Source of the DNA: Bdellovibrionales bacterium
Lineage (GTDB): Bacteria; Bdellovibrionota; Bdellovibrionia; Bdellovibrionales; UBA1609
Length of the DNA: 32,000 nt
NCBI GenBank assembly: GCA_965247685.1
Contig: OZ252021.1
Span: forward strand, 660,001 to 692,000
Reading direction: 5' to 3'
The notes under the pieces are model-generated. The model saw nothing but the letters and a program-made list of their open reading frames with translations. It did not search any database and was not told the origin of the DNA. The position numbers and the translations under genes are program-made. Shown in pieces: positions 1-10,010 of this stretch. Positions within the stretch are counted from its first letter, which is position 1; every line of letters starts with the position of its first letter.

Positions 1-705
1 GGTTTATTTTTGGTGATTATCCCCCATCTAAATGCTGTCGCTTTAGCTGTGACTTTATTTTCTTTAGGATTTGGACTTACTTATACTTGTTTAACTGGGG
101 TCATTAGTTTACTGAGTCAAAAAGATCAACAAGGTGGAGTCTTAGGAGTTCATCAAAGTTTATCTTCTTTTTCACGTATTATAGGGCCTGCCTTAGGGGG
201 TTGGCTTTATCGTGATGTGAGCGATCAGATGCCCTTTATTGTTGCTGGGAGTTTGGCATTTTTAGGTCTTGTGACTTCTTTTTTATTTAGAAAAAACATA
301 ATAAGCTCTATTGAACCTCTTATTCAAAAGAATGTTTCATCAGATGCTATTTTTTCTTCTCATCGAGTCGAGGATTTGGAAGTTAGTTTTTTTCAGATTA
401 ACAATCTGATTCAGCAACAAGTTCCTTTTTCATTTATTAATTTATCCAAGAGGGCTTTTCCTGTTTCAAATCAAAAAAATGAAAAGAAACTTCCTTTAAC
501 TATAGAGGGATTGCTATCATATACTCAAAACATGACGGAGCAAGAATTGCTCAATTACCCTTTTCAAAATCCTGTTGTTTTAATTTGTGAAGATGGTAAA
601 CTATCTCAAGATCTTGCTGTAAAATTATCTTCGAAGACGGATAATGTTTTTTATTTTAAGGGAGGCTTTAGTCAATACGAAAAGGAGCAGAAGAAAAAGC
701 AATAA
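1..705 (+). CDS. MFS-type transporter, C-terminal part (5' end lies outside the window), fused to a C-terminal rhodanese-like domain
   Basis: Frame 1 is open from base 1; the track start at 10 is an internal TTG. The first ~95 aa are hydrophobic helices with an MFS-like loop (IIGPALGGWLY). The last ~110 aa look like a single-domain rhodanese with a GlpE-style loop VVLICEDGKLS and a downstream FKGGF. Confidence 0.6.
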   Translation, partial: GLFLVIIPHLNAVALAVTLFSLGFGLTYTCLTGVISLLSQKDQQGGVLGVHQSLSSFSRIIGPALGGWLYRDVSDQMPFIVAGSLAFLGLVTSFLFRKNIISSIEPLIQKNVSSDAIFSSHRVEDLEVSFFQINNLIQQQVPFSFINLSKRAFPVSNQKNEKKLPLTIEGLLSYTQNMTEQELLNYPFQNPVVLICEDGKLSQDLAVKLSSKTDNVFYFKGGFSQYEKEQKKKQ

Positions 706-756
706 GGGTATAGGCAGAAGGATATTCTCAACATAAGAGCATGATAAGGTGAAAAT

Positions 757-3543
757 ATGAGCGGTGATTTGGATAAAAAAAATTGGTCTCCACTTTACAA
801 TCCTCAAGAAGTAGAGCAGAGGATTTATAAGGAGTGGGAAAGTGAAGGATATTTTTCTCCTTCAAGTTCATCATCTTCAGAAAAACATTTTTCAATTGTT
901 TTACCTCCACCTAATGTTACAGGTTCTTTGCATTTAGGGCATGCTTTAAATCATACCATTCAAGATTGTTTAGTTCGCTGGAAGAAAATGAGCGGGTATC
1001 GTTCTATCTGGCTTCCGGGGACAGATCATGCAGGGATTGCCACTCAGATGCAGGTTGAAAAGCATTTAGCAAAGAAAAACCAAACTCGATTTCAACTTGG
1101 AAGAGAAAAGTTTTTGGATCAAGTGTGGGAGTGGAAGAATAAATATGGGAATGAGATTACTCATCAAATGAAAAGGATTGGAGACTCTTGTGATTGGAGC
1201 CGCCATCTTTTTACTTTGGATGATATACCTGTAAAAGCTGTTAGAAAGACATTTGTTCATCTATTTAAAAAGGGAAGAATTTATAGAGGAAAACGATTGG
1301 TGAACTGGAGCTCTGGTTTATCTTCAGCGATTTCTGATTTGGAAGTGGAGTATAAAGAAGTTTCTTCACATCTTTGGTACATTCGTTATTATTTGGAAGA
1401 TAGAAAAAATTATTTATTAGTTTGTACGACTCGCCCTGAAACTTTATTAGGAGATCAGGCTGTTGCAATTCATCCAGATGATGAACGTTTTAAAAAATAT
1501 CATGGTCAAAAGGTGTATTTACCATTGGTGAATCGTTTGATTCCTATTATTACAGATAGCTATGTGGATCGTGATTTTGGAACTGGAGTTTTAAAAATAA
1601 CCCCAGCCCATGATTTTAATGACTATGAGATTGGTCAACGACATCAATTGAAAAATTTGAATATCCTAGATAAGAACGGCTATTTTAATGAGAATGCAGG
1701 AGAGTATAAAGGATTAAAAATTTTAGAAGCTCGAAAGAAAATTGTCGCAGATTTAAAAGATCAAAACTTATTGGAGAAACAAGAGCCTTATACTCATCAA
1801 GTAGGTTTTTGCTCTCGTTCAGGTTCTAGAATTGAGCCCTATTTATCTGATCAGTGGTTTTTAAAGATGGATGATCTAGCTCAAAGAGCATTGGATTCAG
1901 TTGTGAATAAAAAAGAAATTGAATTTATTCCAAATAGTTGGATGAGTACTTTTGAGCATTGGATGAAAAATATTAATGATTGGTGTATCTCTCGTCAATT
2001 GTGGTGGGGGCATCGTATTCCAGCATGGTTTTGTTCTAGCTGTCATAAAATAACAGTTTCACAAAAAGATAAGGTTGAAAAATGTGAACATTGTTTTGCT
2101 ACAGATCTTTATCAGGATGAAGATGTTTTGGATACTTGGTTTAGTTCAGCTCTTTGGCCTATGAGTGTTTTAAATTGGCCAAAAAATGAAAAATTAGATA
2201 AAGAACCTTTTTTTCCTACATCTGTTTTAGTGACTGGTCCTGATATTTTATTTTTTTGGGTGGCTCGTATGATTATGATGAGCTTGGAGTTTCAGAATCA
2301 AGTCCCTTTTCGATCTGTATATCTTCATGGAGTTATTCGAGACGCTCAGGGGCGTAAAATGTCTAAAACTTTAGGTAACGGTGAAGATCCTATTGATCTC
2401 ATTGAAGAGTATGGGGCTGATGCATTAAGGTTTTTCTTATTAAATGAGAATAAACGGGGTCGAGATTTACGTTTTTCTAGAGATTATTTGAAGATCTGTA
2501 GAAATTTCATGAATAAAATTTGGAATGCAGGAAGATTTATTCATCAGAATTTTAATATTCCTCTTCGAGAGCCTCAAAGTAAAGAGCTGTCCTTAATGGA
2601 TCAGTGGATTATTCGTAAGTTAAAACAAACGGAAGATGAAGTGAATCAAAAGCTTGAATCTTTTGATTTTTCGGCTGCTTGTTCTGTTTTACATCGTTTT
2701 ACTTGGCTTGAATTTTGTGATTGGTATTTAGAGTGGGTACGCTCTATCCTTTATGGGAAAAAGATTATGTCTCAAACTAAAAACAATCAGATAACTTGGT
2801 CTTTTAAGGAGGAAAAGGAAGACAATACAAAATACCTTTCAGTGAGTTACTATGTACTTTGTTATGTTTTTAATCGGCTTTTAAGACTCTTGCATCCTAT
2901 GATTCCATTTATTACTGAAGAAATTTATCAAAAATGGACGATTAAAGATAATAAAAATATTTTATTAGATTCTTATCCAAGAGGGGATGGAAAGTTTTTG
3001 CTATCTGATTCTTTTGATCAGAATCAAGTTATATTTTTCCAAAGTATCGTGAATGTTATTCGTAATCTTAGAGGAGAAAACAATATTAAACCTTCAGTGC
3101 TTTTAAATGTTCAAATTTATTCAAGTTCGAACTCTGATTTAAAACGTATTGAATCTGTGATAAAAGACTCTTTATCAAATATATTTTTTATTGAGAAAAT
3201 AAAGAGTTTATCTCTTGTAGATCAAATCAATGATCAGGCTTTAAGTGTTGTGATGAGTTTAGAGGATTCTATAATCAAGCCTATAGGTTTATCTTCGAAT
3301 GTAAAAGTAATCATTTTATTAGAAGGTGTGATAGATTTTAGTTTAGAGGAAAAAAGATTAGAGAAAAAAATTAATAAATCTCAGGAGCAAATAGGGCAAA
3401 TTAAAACGCAATTAGATTCTTTTGGTGAGAAAGTGCCGCAAAAAGTTCGGAATGATAAAATGGAACAATGGAAATCATTAGATAGTTTGATAAAGACACT
3501 AAAAAATGATTTACAAAGAATAAAAAAGTTTCTTAAAAAGTAA
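757..3543 (+). CDS. valS: Valyl-tRNA synthetase
   Basis: 928 aa. Class I HIGH region PPPNVTGSLHLGHALNH and KMSKS loop GRKMSKTLGN. Also TTRPETLLGDQAVAIHP, the WCISRQLWWGHRIP block, a Cys-rich Zn knuckle (CSSCH...CEHC) and a C-terminal coiled coil typical of ValRS. Confidence 0.97.
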   Translation: MSGDLDKKNWSPLYNPQEVEQRIYKEWESEGYFSPSSSSSSEKHFSIVLPPPNVTGSLHLGHALNHTIQDCLVRWKKMSGYRSIWLPGTDHAGIATQMQVEKHLAKKNQTRFQLGREKFLDQVWEWKNKYGNEITHQMKRIGDSCDWSRHLFTLDDIPVKAVRKTFVHLFKKGRIYRGKRLVNWSSGLSSAISDLEVEYKEVSSHLWYIRYYLEDRKNYLLVCTTRPETLLGDQAVAIHPDDERFKKYHGQKVYLPLVNRLIPIITDSYVDRDFGTGVLKITPAHDFNDYEIGQRHQLKNLNILDKNGYFNENAGEYKGLKILEARKKIVADLKDQNLLEKQEPYTHQVGFCSRSGSRIEPYLSDQWFLKMDDLAQRALDSVVNKKEIEFIPNSWMSTFEHWMKNINDWCISRQLWWGHRIPAWFCSSCHKITVSQKDKVEKCEHCFATDLYQDEDVLDTWFSSALWPMSVLNWPKNEKLDKEPFFPTSVLVTGPDILFFWVARMIMMSLEFQNQVPFRSVYLHGVIRDAQGRKMSKTLGNGEDPIDLIEEYGADALRFFLLNENKRGRDLRFSRDYLKICRNFMNKIWNAGRFIHQNFNIPLREPQSKELSLMDQWIIRKLKQTEDEVNQKLESFDFSAACSVLHRFTWLEFCDWYLEWVRSILYGKKIMSQTKNNQITWSFKEEKEDNTKYLSVSYYVLCYVFNRLLRLLHPMIPFITEEIYQKWTIKDNKNILLDSYPRGDGKFLLSDSFDQNQVIFFQSIVNVIRNLRGENNIKPSVLLNVQIYSSSNSDLKRIESVIKDSLSNIFFIEKIKSLSLVDQINDQALSVVMSLEDSIIKPIGLSSNVKVIILLEGVIDFSLEEKRLEKKINKSQEQIGQIKTQLDSFGEKVPQKVRNDKMEQWKSLDSLIKTLKNDLQRIKKFLKK

Positions 3544-3572
3544 CAATATGTTGAGGTTGAATTTATCTAAAA

Positions 3573-4667
3573 ATGAAGTTTAGTAAACTAAGTCAAAAAA
3601 TTTTACTTTTAGTTGTCTTTTTATCTGGTCTAGGATTGGTTCAGGTTTATAGTTCAAGTTATATTTTTGCAACTGAGACATTTGAAAATGGATTATTATT
3701 TTTTAAAAAACAATGTATATTCACAGTTTTTGGATTCATTGGTTTATTTATAGTCTCTCGTTTGTCTTGGTCAAAGAACCGTATTATTGGTATCAGTCTT
3801 TGGTTTCTGGCTTTGTTGACTTTAGTTTTAACTTTAGTTCCTGATTTTTCAGTTTCTGTAGGCGGCTCAAATAGATGGTTGAGTGTGCCTTTTGGTTTAA
3901 GGTTTCAACCTTCTGAATGGTTTAAACTCACTTGTCCTTTTGCTTTGATTTACTTTATGGTTTTAAAAGATAAATGGCCTCTTCATCCTCATTTTTACTG
4001 GTTAACTGCAGGTTTTTCGATCGTTCTTCCTGTTTTGGTCTTAATGAGCCAACCTGACTTTGGTGCAGTAGTTATTTTGTTTTGCTGGCTTTTTTCTGTT
4101 GCTTTTATCTTAGGTCTCAAATGGAGATATGTTTTTTTATTTGCTGGAGTTTCATTTTTTGCTTTTCTTGGATTAATTCTGTCTAAAGATTATCGTGTTG
4201 CTCGTATGGAGGCTTTTTTAGATCCGTGGCAAGATCCTTTGGGTATTGGTTTTCAAATTATACAAAGTTTACTCAGTTTTCATTCAGGCGGATTGTTGGG
4301 TCAAGGTTTAGGTCAAGGTCAAAGTAAACTCTTCTTTCTTCCTGAAGCACATACAGATTTTACTCTTGCAGTGTTAGGCGAGGAGCTGGGGTTTATAGGT
4401 TTTGTTGTCGTTTTGCTTCTCTATGTATATCTCATTTATTGTGGAACGAAAGTTGTGACTCGTACCGTGGATTTATCAAAAAAGCTTGTGGTGTTTAGCA
4501 TACTGTTTATGTTTATGATATCTACTTTTGTTCACTTTGGCGTAAATTTAGGGTTGATTCCTCCAACAGGTGTAGTTTTGCCTTTTTTAAGTTATGGTGG
4601 AAATGCTATAGTCACAACACTTCTTGGTTTTGGCTGGATGATTCAAATAGAAAATGAAAACACCTAA
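3573..4667 (+). CDS. ftsW: SEDS-family peptidoglycan glycosyltransferase FtsW
   Basis: 364 aa polytopic membrane protein with SEDS motifs QPDFGAVVI, LPEAHTDFTLAVLGEELG and LPFLSYGGNA. Called FtsW rather than RodA because it overlaps murG by 14 nt. Confidence 0.85.
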   Translation: MKFSKLSQKILLLVVFLSGLGLVQVYSSSYIFATETFENGLLFFKKQCIFTVFGFIGLFIVSRLSWSKNRIIGISLWFLALLTLVLTLVPDFSVSVGGSNRWLSVPFGLRFQPSEWFKLTCPFALIYFMVLKDKWPLHPHFYWLTAGFSIVLPVLVLMSQPDFGAVVILFCWLFSVAFILGLKWRYVFLFAGVSFFAFLGLILSKDYRVARMEAFLDPWQDPLGIGFQIIQSLLSFHSGGLLGQGLGQGQSKLFFLPEAHTDFTLAVLGEELGFIGFVVVLLLYVYLIYCGTKVVTRTVDLSKKLVVFSILFMFMISTFVHFGVNLGLIPPTGVVLPFLSYGGNAIVTTLLGFGWMIQIENENT

Positions 4668-5718
4668 AGAAAAATTTTTGCTTGTGACAGGGACAACGGG
4701 AGGTCATATCTTTCCGTTATTGTCTTTAGCCCATGCTTTGAAAGATGAAGGGCATGATGTCTATTTTATAAGCACAGGTAGTCCAATGGAAAAAGAAATC
4801 TTACTTAAAACCTCTTTTCCAGTGGATTTTTTAAGAGTAGGCCGATTAAGAAAAGGTGTATTTTTTTTGGAGCGAATAACTACTTTTATTTTACTTCCTT
4901 TTTATTTTTTTAAATCCTTTTTATTAATTTTTAAAGTGAAACCTCATTTTGTTATAGGTGCAGGAGGAGCCCTCAGCGGTCCTATTTTATTAGTATCTTG
5001 CTGGATGAAAAAAAGAACTGTTATTTGGGAGCTTAATGCCGTTCCAGGTATGGCTAATAGGATTTTAAGTTCATTTGTTCGTCACATTTTAATATGTTTT
5101 TCATCTACTCAGAAATTTTTTGATAGAAAAAAATGTTTAAAAGTTTCTTTTCCAGTTCGAAAGGATTTAATCGAAAAAGGTTCTCAAGAAAGAGAGGCAG
5201 ATGGATTTTCTCATCTATTGATTCTTGGAGGAAGCCAAGGTTCTCATACTATTAATCAAGTAGTTATGGAAATGTACAGAAAAGAATCTTTGGATACTTG
5301 GAAAATTCGTCACCAAACAGGAAAAAAAGATTTTCGCTCTATTCAAAGTTTATATTCTGAAAAAGATCAATGTATTCCATTTATTGAAGATATGGGAGAG
5401 TGTTATCAGTGGGCTGATATTGTTATTTCTCGTGGCGGAGCTGCCACTTTATCGGAGGTTGCTGCTTGTGGAAAGGCGGCTATTATTATTCCTCTTTCTT
5501 CATCCGCAGATCAACATCAGTATAAGAATGCTTTAGAATTTAAGGAAAAAAATATGGTGGAAGTCATTTTGGAAGAAGATCTTACAGCTTCTTTATTATT
5601 TGAAAAAATTATGGGTATAGATTCGAAAAGAAAAAGAGAGTTGGAAATTAATATAAAGAAATTTTATGATGTTGATCATTTAAAAAAAATCATTCAATTT
5701 CTTCGAAAAAATACTTAA
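4654..5718 (+). CDS. murG: UDP-N-acetylglucosamine--N-acetylmuramyl-(pentapeptide) pyrophosphoryl-undecaprenol GlcNAc transferase
   Basis: 354 aa. N-terminal G-loop TGGTGGHIFPLLSLAHAL and C-terminal ISRGGAATLSEVAACGKAAIIIP. In the canonical position after ftsW. Confidence 0.93.
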   Translation: MKTPKEKFLLVTGTTGGHIFPLLSLAHALKDEGHDVYFISTGSPMEKEILLKTSFPVDFLRVGRLRKGVFFLERITTFILLPFYFFKSFLLIFKVKPHFVIGAGGALSGPILLVSCWMKKRTVIWELNAVPGMANRILSSFVRHILICFSSTQKFFDRKKCLKVSFPVRKDLIEKGSQEREADGFSHLLILGGSQGSHTINQVVMEMYRKESLDTWKIRHQTGKKDFRSIQSLYSEKDQCIPFIEDMGECYQWADIVISRGGAATLSEVAACGKAAIIIPLSSSADQHQYKNALEFKEKNMVEVILEEDLTASLLFEKIMGIDSKRKRELEINIKKFYDVDHLKKIIQFLRKNT

Positions 5719-6605
5719 GTTTTTTTAGAAATAATAGATTGAATAAAAATTTTAAAATCTTTTAGAACATTCTCATTTCCATAGTCTTCCAGAATTTGAT
5801 GCTTACTACTGGGATAAACAACAAGCTTTTTGGGAAAAGAGCTTTTTACCAAATCAAAATATTTTTTACTGGCGGAGTGGTCTACAATAACATCATCACC
5901 TCCGAGGAGTATCAACAATTTAGAATTAATAGTTTGTGAAGATGTGAGAAGGACTTTCGGGGTGTTTTTTATAGTCAGATACACTTCAGGACATACTTTA
6001 TTATGTCGAAAAACGTCATTTTCAATTGCATTAAGAAAGTAAGGGTTTCTGCTCAGATAAGAAGATATAATTTTATTGTGATAAGTCCACCAAGGGCAGA
6101 GAATTTTTGTTATATGGCTGATTATCATTTTAATTAGTGAAATACTCATACTGAGGCCAAACGCAGGAGCAGAAAGACAGATGCCTGCTGCAGAAGAAAC
6201 AATATCTTCTTCATGAAAGAGGCTGCGAGAAATAATAAGCCCTCCTAAGGAGTGACCGAATAAAATGAAGGGGAGATTTCTTTCTTGAGGTAAAATAAAA
6301 TCTAAAAAACAAACCAAATCTTTTTCATAGAGTCTAAAGTTTCTGACGTAGCCTCTAATTCCACTTGATCGACCATGTCCTCTCAAATCCCAAGCATACA
6401 CATTACAAGAATTCTGATTAATGAATCGAGCAAGATCATCATATCGATCAGAATTCTCAGACAACCCATGAGTTAGAAATACAATCCCTTGTGGGTCTTT
6501 AATTTTCCATGATTGATAGAATAATCTACGATTTTCTTCTCCAGAAAAATACCCAGTTTCATTGACGGAGGATTCCAATGAAGGCTCTTTTTTTAGGTTA
6601 TTCAT
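5715..6605 (-). CDS. Alpha/beta-fold hydrolase (lysophospholipase / monoacylglycerol-lipase-like)
   Basis: 296 aa. HG oxyanion region [22 protein letters not shown], the nucleophile elbow GHSLGG, and a C-terminal ...SKHQILED consistent with a catalytic His. Its start codon overlaps the ftsZ stop (ATGAATAA). Confidence 0.8.
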   Translation of the reverse strand: MNNLKKEPSLESSVNETGYFSGEENRRLFYQSWKIKDPQGIVFLTHGLSENSDRYDDLARFINQNSCNVYAWDLRGHGRSSGIRGYVRNFRLYEKDLVCFLDFILPQERNLPFILFGHSLGGLIISRSLFHEEDIVSSAAGICLSAPAFGLSMSISLIKMIISHITKILCPWWTYHNKIISSYLSRNPYFLNAIENDVFRHNKVCPEVYLTIKNTPKVLLTSSQTINSKLLILLGGDDVIVDHSASKKYFDLVKSSFPKKLVVYPSSKHQILEDYGNENVLKDFKIFIQSIISKKT

Positions 6606-7866
6606 CTATAAATAGAGAAAGTGATTTTTTCAAAAAGCTTTTCTTTCCAAAAGGAGAAGAGCTATTATTTTTGTCTTTAGTTTTTTCTTCTTCAATTTTC
6701 ATGTTGAGTTGAGTTTCTTTGATTTCCATATTGGGTAGGCTTTGAGCTTCTCGATAAATTTTGGCTTTTTGCAATAGTCGATCTTTAGGCAGTATTTTTT
6801 TTGATTCTATTTTTGATAGTTCACTAGGGGATAGATTTTGTGAGGGTGTTGAAGAGGTTTGAGATTTTTTATTATCAGGTGTTGTTGCAGAGGAGCTTTC
6901 TTGTTCATTTTTAAAACCAGTAGCAATAACAGTCACATATACTCCTGATTTTTCTTTTTCATTAATAACGGCGCCAAAAATAATTTCAGCATCAGGGTGA
7001 GCTATCTCAGTAATCAGACTGGAGGCTTCATTCACTTCCGTCAATGAAAGTTGAGAATCTCCTGTGATGTTGATAATAACTCCAGTTGCTCCTTTCATAG
7101 AAGTGTTATCCAATAAAGGAGAAGAGATTGCTTCTTGAACTGCTTTGGTGACACGATTTTCGCCTTCCGCAAAACCCATACCCATGATAGCAACCCCTTT
7201 TTCAAACATAATGGTTCGAATATCTGCAAAATCTAAATTAATGAGTCCGTGAACATTAATCAGATCGGAAATACCTCTGACAGCTTGAAGCAACACCTCA
7301 TCCACTTTTCTAAAAGTATTTAGAATAGGTGTTTGATGATCAGATATACCCAACAATTTATCATTGGGTATAACAATAAGAGTATCCACTTTATTTTTTA
7401 AGGTTTCTATTCCTAATTTTGCATGTAAAAATCTTTTACGACCTTCAAAGGAAAAAGGACGAGTGACAACACCCACAGTAAGAATTCCTTGTTGTCGAGC
7501 AATATCGGCAATCACAGAAGCAGCACCTGTTCCTGTTCCTCCTCCCATACCAGCTGTGATGAAAACCATGTCTGCATTTTCTAATTCTTGTGCCAAAAAT
7601 TCACAAGATTCAATAGCCGCTTGACGACCAATGTCTGGATTAGCTCCTGCTCCTAAACCTCTGGTGAGTTTTTCTCCAAGTTGAATTTTTATTTCTGCTT
7701 TATTTTGATCTAAGGCTTGCAGGTCTGTATTAGCAGCAATAAAATCCACACCAGAAAGTCGAGATGTAATCATTGTTTGCACAGCATTTCCACCAGCACC
7801 ACCGACGCCAATCACCTTTATTCTAGCTCCTTCTCGTTTTGTTTTTTCATTTACAATTTCAAACAC
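6598..7866 (-). CDS. ftsZ: Cell division GTPase FtsZ
   Basis: 422 aa. [22 protein letters not shown], tubulin signature [11 protein letters not shown], and a long S/T/P/K-rich linker ending in a short conserved-type C-terminal peptide. Confidence 0.97.
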   Translation of the reverse strand: MFEIVNEKTKREGARIKVIGVGGAGGNAVQTMITSRLSGVDFIAANTDLQALDQNKAEIKIQLGEKLTRGLGAGANPDIGRQAAIESCEFLAQELENADMVFITAGMGGGTGTGAASVIADIARQQGILTVGVVTRPFSFEGRKRFLHAKLGIETLKNKVDTLIVIPNDKLLGISDHQTPILNTFRKVDEVLLQAVRGISDLINVHGLINLDFADIRTIMFEKGVAIMGMGFAEGENRVTKAVQEAISSPLLDNTSMKGATGVIINITGDSQLSLTEVNEASSLITEIAHPDAEIIFGAVINEKEKSGVYVTVIATGFKNEQESSSATTPDNKKSQTSSTPSQNLSPSELSKIESKKILPKDRLLQKAKIYREAQSLPNMEIKETQLNMKIEEEKTKDKNNSSSPFGKKSFLKKSLSLFIDE

Positions 7867-7883
7867 TCTAGTACTCCTTTTCC

Positions 7884-9095
7884 TTAGGGCAATAACTCTT
7901 TAAACCAACTTTTAATAGATAAACCGTCGTCTTGAGTATTCCCTTTAAAGTCGAGACGATCATCTTTTGCGTAATGAATAAGACCTAAAGATGTGCCATA
8001 TTTTATATGACCTCCAAATGAAGTCACTTCCTTTTGTGAAACTGGTTTTTCAAAGTAATTTCTAGCCCATTCATTTATATTTTTTAATAAACTTCCGCCT
8101 CCAGTGAGAATGATGCCATTATAAATCAGGCTCGTTAAATTTTTAGACTCAAGTTCTTGTTTTATAGAAGCAAAACCTTGACTCATAGATTTTGTAAGAG
8201 CGTTATATAATTCTTTTTGATGAATAGTTGCTCCTTCATTAACATGTAAAGTTTTAGAAAAGTTTTCTTTTGAAGGTAAACCATACTGAATTTTAAGTTG
8301 TTCTGCTGCTGCTGGGGATATTTTAAGCTCGTTCACTAAATCTCCTGTAATATCATTTCCGCCAAATGGAATTTGAGACATGTAAACTACTCGACCACTC
8401 ATAAAGACGCATATTTGAGAGCAATACTTCCCTATATCTAGGACGCAGACCCCTTGGCTTTTATCTTCCTGAGTGGTTGCAGATAAACCTGAGGCGAGGG
8501 ACTGGACTACATATCCACGAGCTTTACGATCGGCATAGGAAAGACATCTTTGGAGATCTTGAATGTTAGTTGTATCACAAGTAACAAGCAATACCGAAGT
8601 TTCCAGGCGTAATCCGGAAAGCCCCATAGGATTAAAAACTTGATCTTTGCGGTCCACTCTAAAGTAAGTGGGGAGAATGTGAACGACTTCTTGGTGGTCT
8701 GGCAGGGGGACGGCTCTTGCTGTTGCGATAGACTGGAGAATATGTTTTTTTACAACCTGTCCGCCAGTGATAATAGCCATGCCTGCGGATGAGAAGAGGC
8801 GAAACGAATTACTAAGAGAAACCCATAGATCTGTTATTTGTCTTTCCGAAACAATCTCAACTTCTTGGCAAGCTCGACGTATGGCCTCACCCATACTTTG
8901 AGTATCTACGATATGCTGATGTTGAATGCTTTGATGAAAAACTTCTGCTGAACCTATCACCTCAATTTGATCATTTTGGATTTGGCCCATAACACACTTT
9001 ACGGACTGAGCCCCGAGGTCTAAGCCTGTAATAACTTTTTGGTCATCCATATTAAAGTGTTTTAAGTTCATCCTTGAGCCTTCAAAAATATCCAC
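7884..9095 (-). CDS. ftsA: Cell division protein FtsA (actin-like ATPase)
   Basis: [16 protein letters not shown] phosphate-1 motif, [23 protein letters not shown]. Located between ftsQ and ftsZ. The track start at 9095 is GTG. The ATG at 9071, preceded by GAAGG at 7 nt spacing, is the more likely start. Confidence 0.92.
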   Translation of the reverse strand: MDIFEGSRMNLKHFNMDDQKVITGLDLGAQSVKCVMGQIQNDQIEVIGSAEVFHQSIQHQHIVDTQSMGEAIRRACQEVEIVSERQITDLWVSLSNSFRLFSSAGMAIITGGQVVKKHILQSIATARAVPLPDHQEVVHILPTYFRVDRKDQVFNPMGLSGLRLETSVLLVTCDTTNIQDLQRCLSYADRKARGYVVQSLASGLSATTQEDKSQGVCVLDIGKYCSQICVFMSGRVVYMSQIPFGGNDITGDLVNELKISPAAAEQLKIQYGLPSKENFSKTLHVNEGATIHQKELYNALTKSMSQGFASIKQELESKNLTSLIYNGIILTGGGSLLKNINEWARNYFEKPVSQKEVTSFGGHIKYGTSLGLIHYAKDDRLDFKGNTQDDGLSIKSWFKELLP

Positions 9096-9135
9096 CTATA
9101 TTATTATATTCATAAAAGAAAAGAGGTGGAAAAGG

Positions 9136-9879
9136 TTAATTATTCTTAACTAGACTCACAACGACTTTTTGAGAGTATCGAGCGTCCATGACGCGCCACT
9201 TAATTTTCTTTTGTTTGAGGTATCTGAGTACACTTTCGACTCTATCTGGTCGAAATTCAGATAAATTCTCTCCAATACGAATTTTAGATCCGAAATGGAG
9301 TAAATAAAGGTAAAAGCTAGAGTCTTTATCTAAATAAGATATTTCCGAGACATTTTTTTGTGAAAAAAGACCATCTTGAGGAAGATATTGGTAGATTTGA
9401 ATAGCTTTTTTCCTTAAAGATTTGTTTTGGAAAAATACTTTGCCTCTTAGTACAGGTAGATCAGGAAGTGATGACAAGAGAAGAGGAGACAATAAAGAGC
9501 CCTTTTTGGTGACAGGGTAGAAAGCAGTATTACTTTTCATCCAAAGCAAAAGAGGTTCATCAGAGAGGAGTCTAATTTGGAATTTATTAGGCCATAGTCG
9601 AAGAATTTGCACTTCTTCTACCTTCGGATTTTTTTGTATTTTTTGATTAAGTTTTTCAATAGATACCTGCCATATCCAAGACCCTATAAGAGGTTCCATG
9701 TCTTTTTTAAGTTCTGCAATCAGTTGTTTTTTTTCTTCTTCTTTAAGCCAGAAACCTTGAGCGGTGATGCTGATTTCATCCACACGAATTCTTTTAGAGA
9801 AAAAAGAATACACGATGGCTATGGAAAAAATAAATAGGAAACAATAGGTAAAAATTTTCATACACTTGCAACCTATCAT
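9136..9879 (-). CDS. ftsQ: Cell division protein FtsQ (POTRA domain)
   Basis: 247 aa with an N-terminal TM helix. POTRA-like RIRVDEISITAQGF and the block VEEVQILRLWPNKFQIRLLSDEPLLLW, matching the usual V.R.WP..L.I.V.E..P.A.W pattern. Immediately upstream of ftsA. Start may be the ATG at 9861. Confidence 0.82.
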   Translation of the reverse strand: MIGCKCMKIFTYCFLFIFSIAIVYSFFSKRIRVDEISITAQGFWLKEEEKKQLIAELKKDMEPLIGSWIWQVSIEKLNQKIQKNPKVEEVQILRLWPNKFQIRLLSDEPLLLWMKSNTAFYPVTKKGSLLSPLLLSSLPDLPVLRGKVFFQNKSLRKKAIQIYQYLPQDGLFSQKNVSEISYLDKDSSFYLYLLHFGSKIRIGENLSEFRPDRVESVLRYLKQKKIKWRVMDARYSQKVVVSLVKNN

Positions 9880-10010
9880 TTTTTAAGTTTATAGACTAAA
9901 ATTGAAGCAATGCATATAATCGCTAGTAAATACTAATATTTGTATTTCATAGTCTTGAAAGTTCGTGGGATGAGTTGTTTTCTCGAGATTCATAGACTTA
10001 CTATTATTCT

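Noticed and set aside
9891-9999. Three copies of an ATAGACT-like word (TATAGACTA 9890-9898, CATAGTCTT 9948-9956, CATAGACTT 9991-9999) in the ftsQ / vWA-A divergent region.
   Set aside because: They are short, imperfect and irregularly spaced in a very AT-rich 130-bp region. This is within chance expectation without genome-wide enrichment data.
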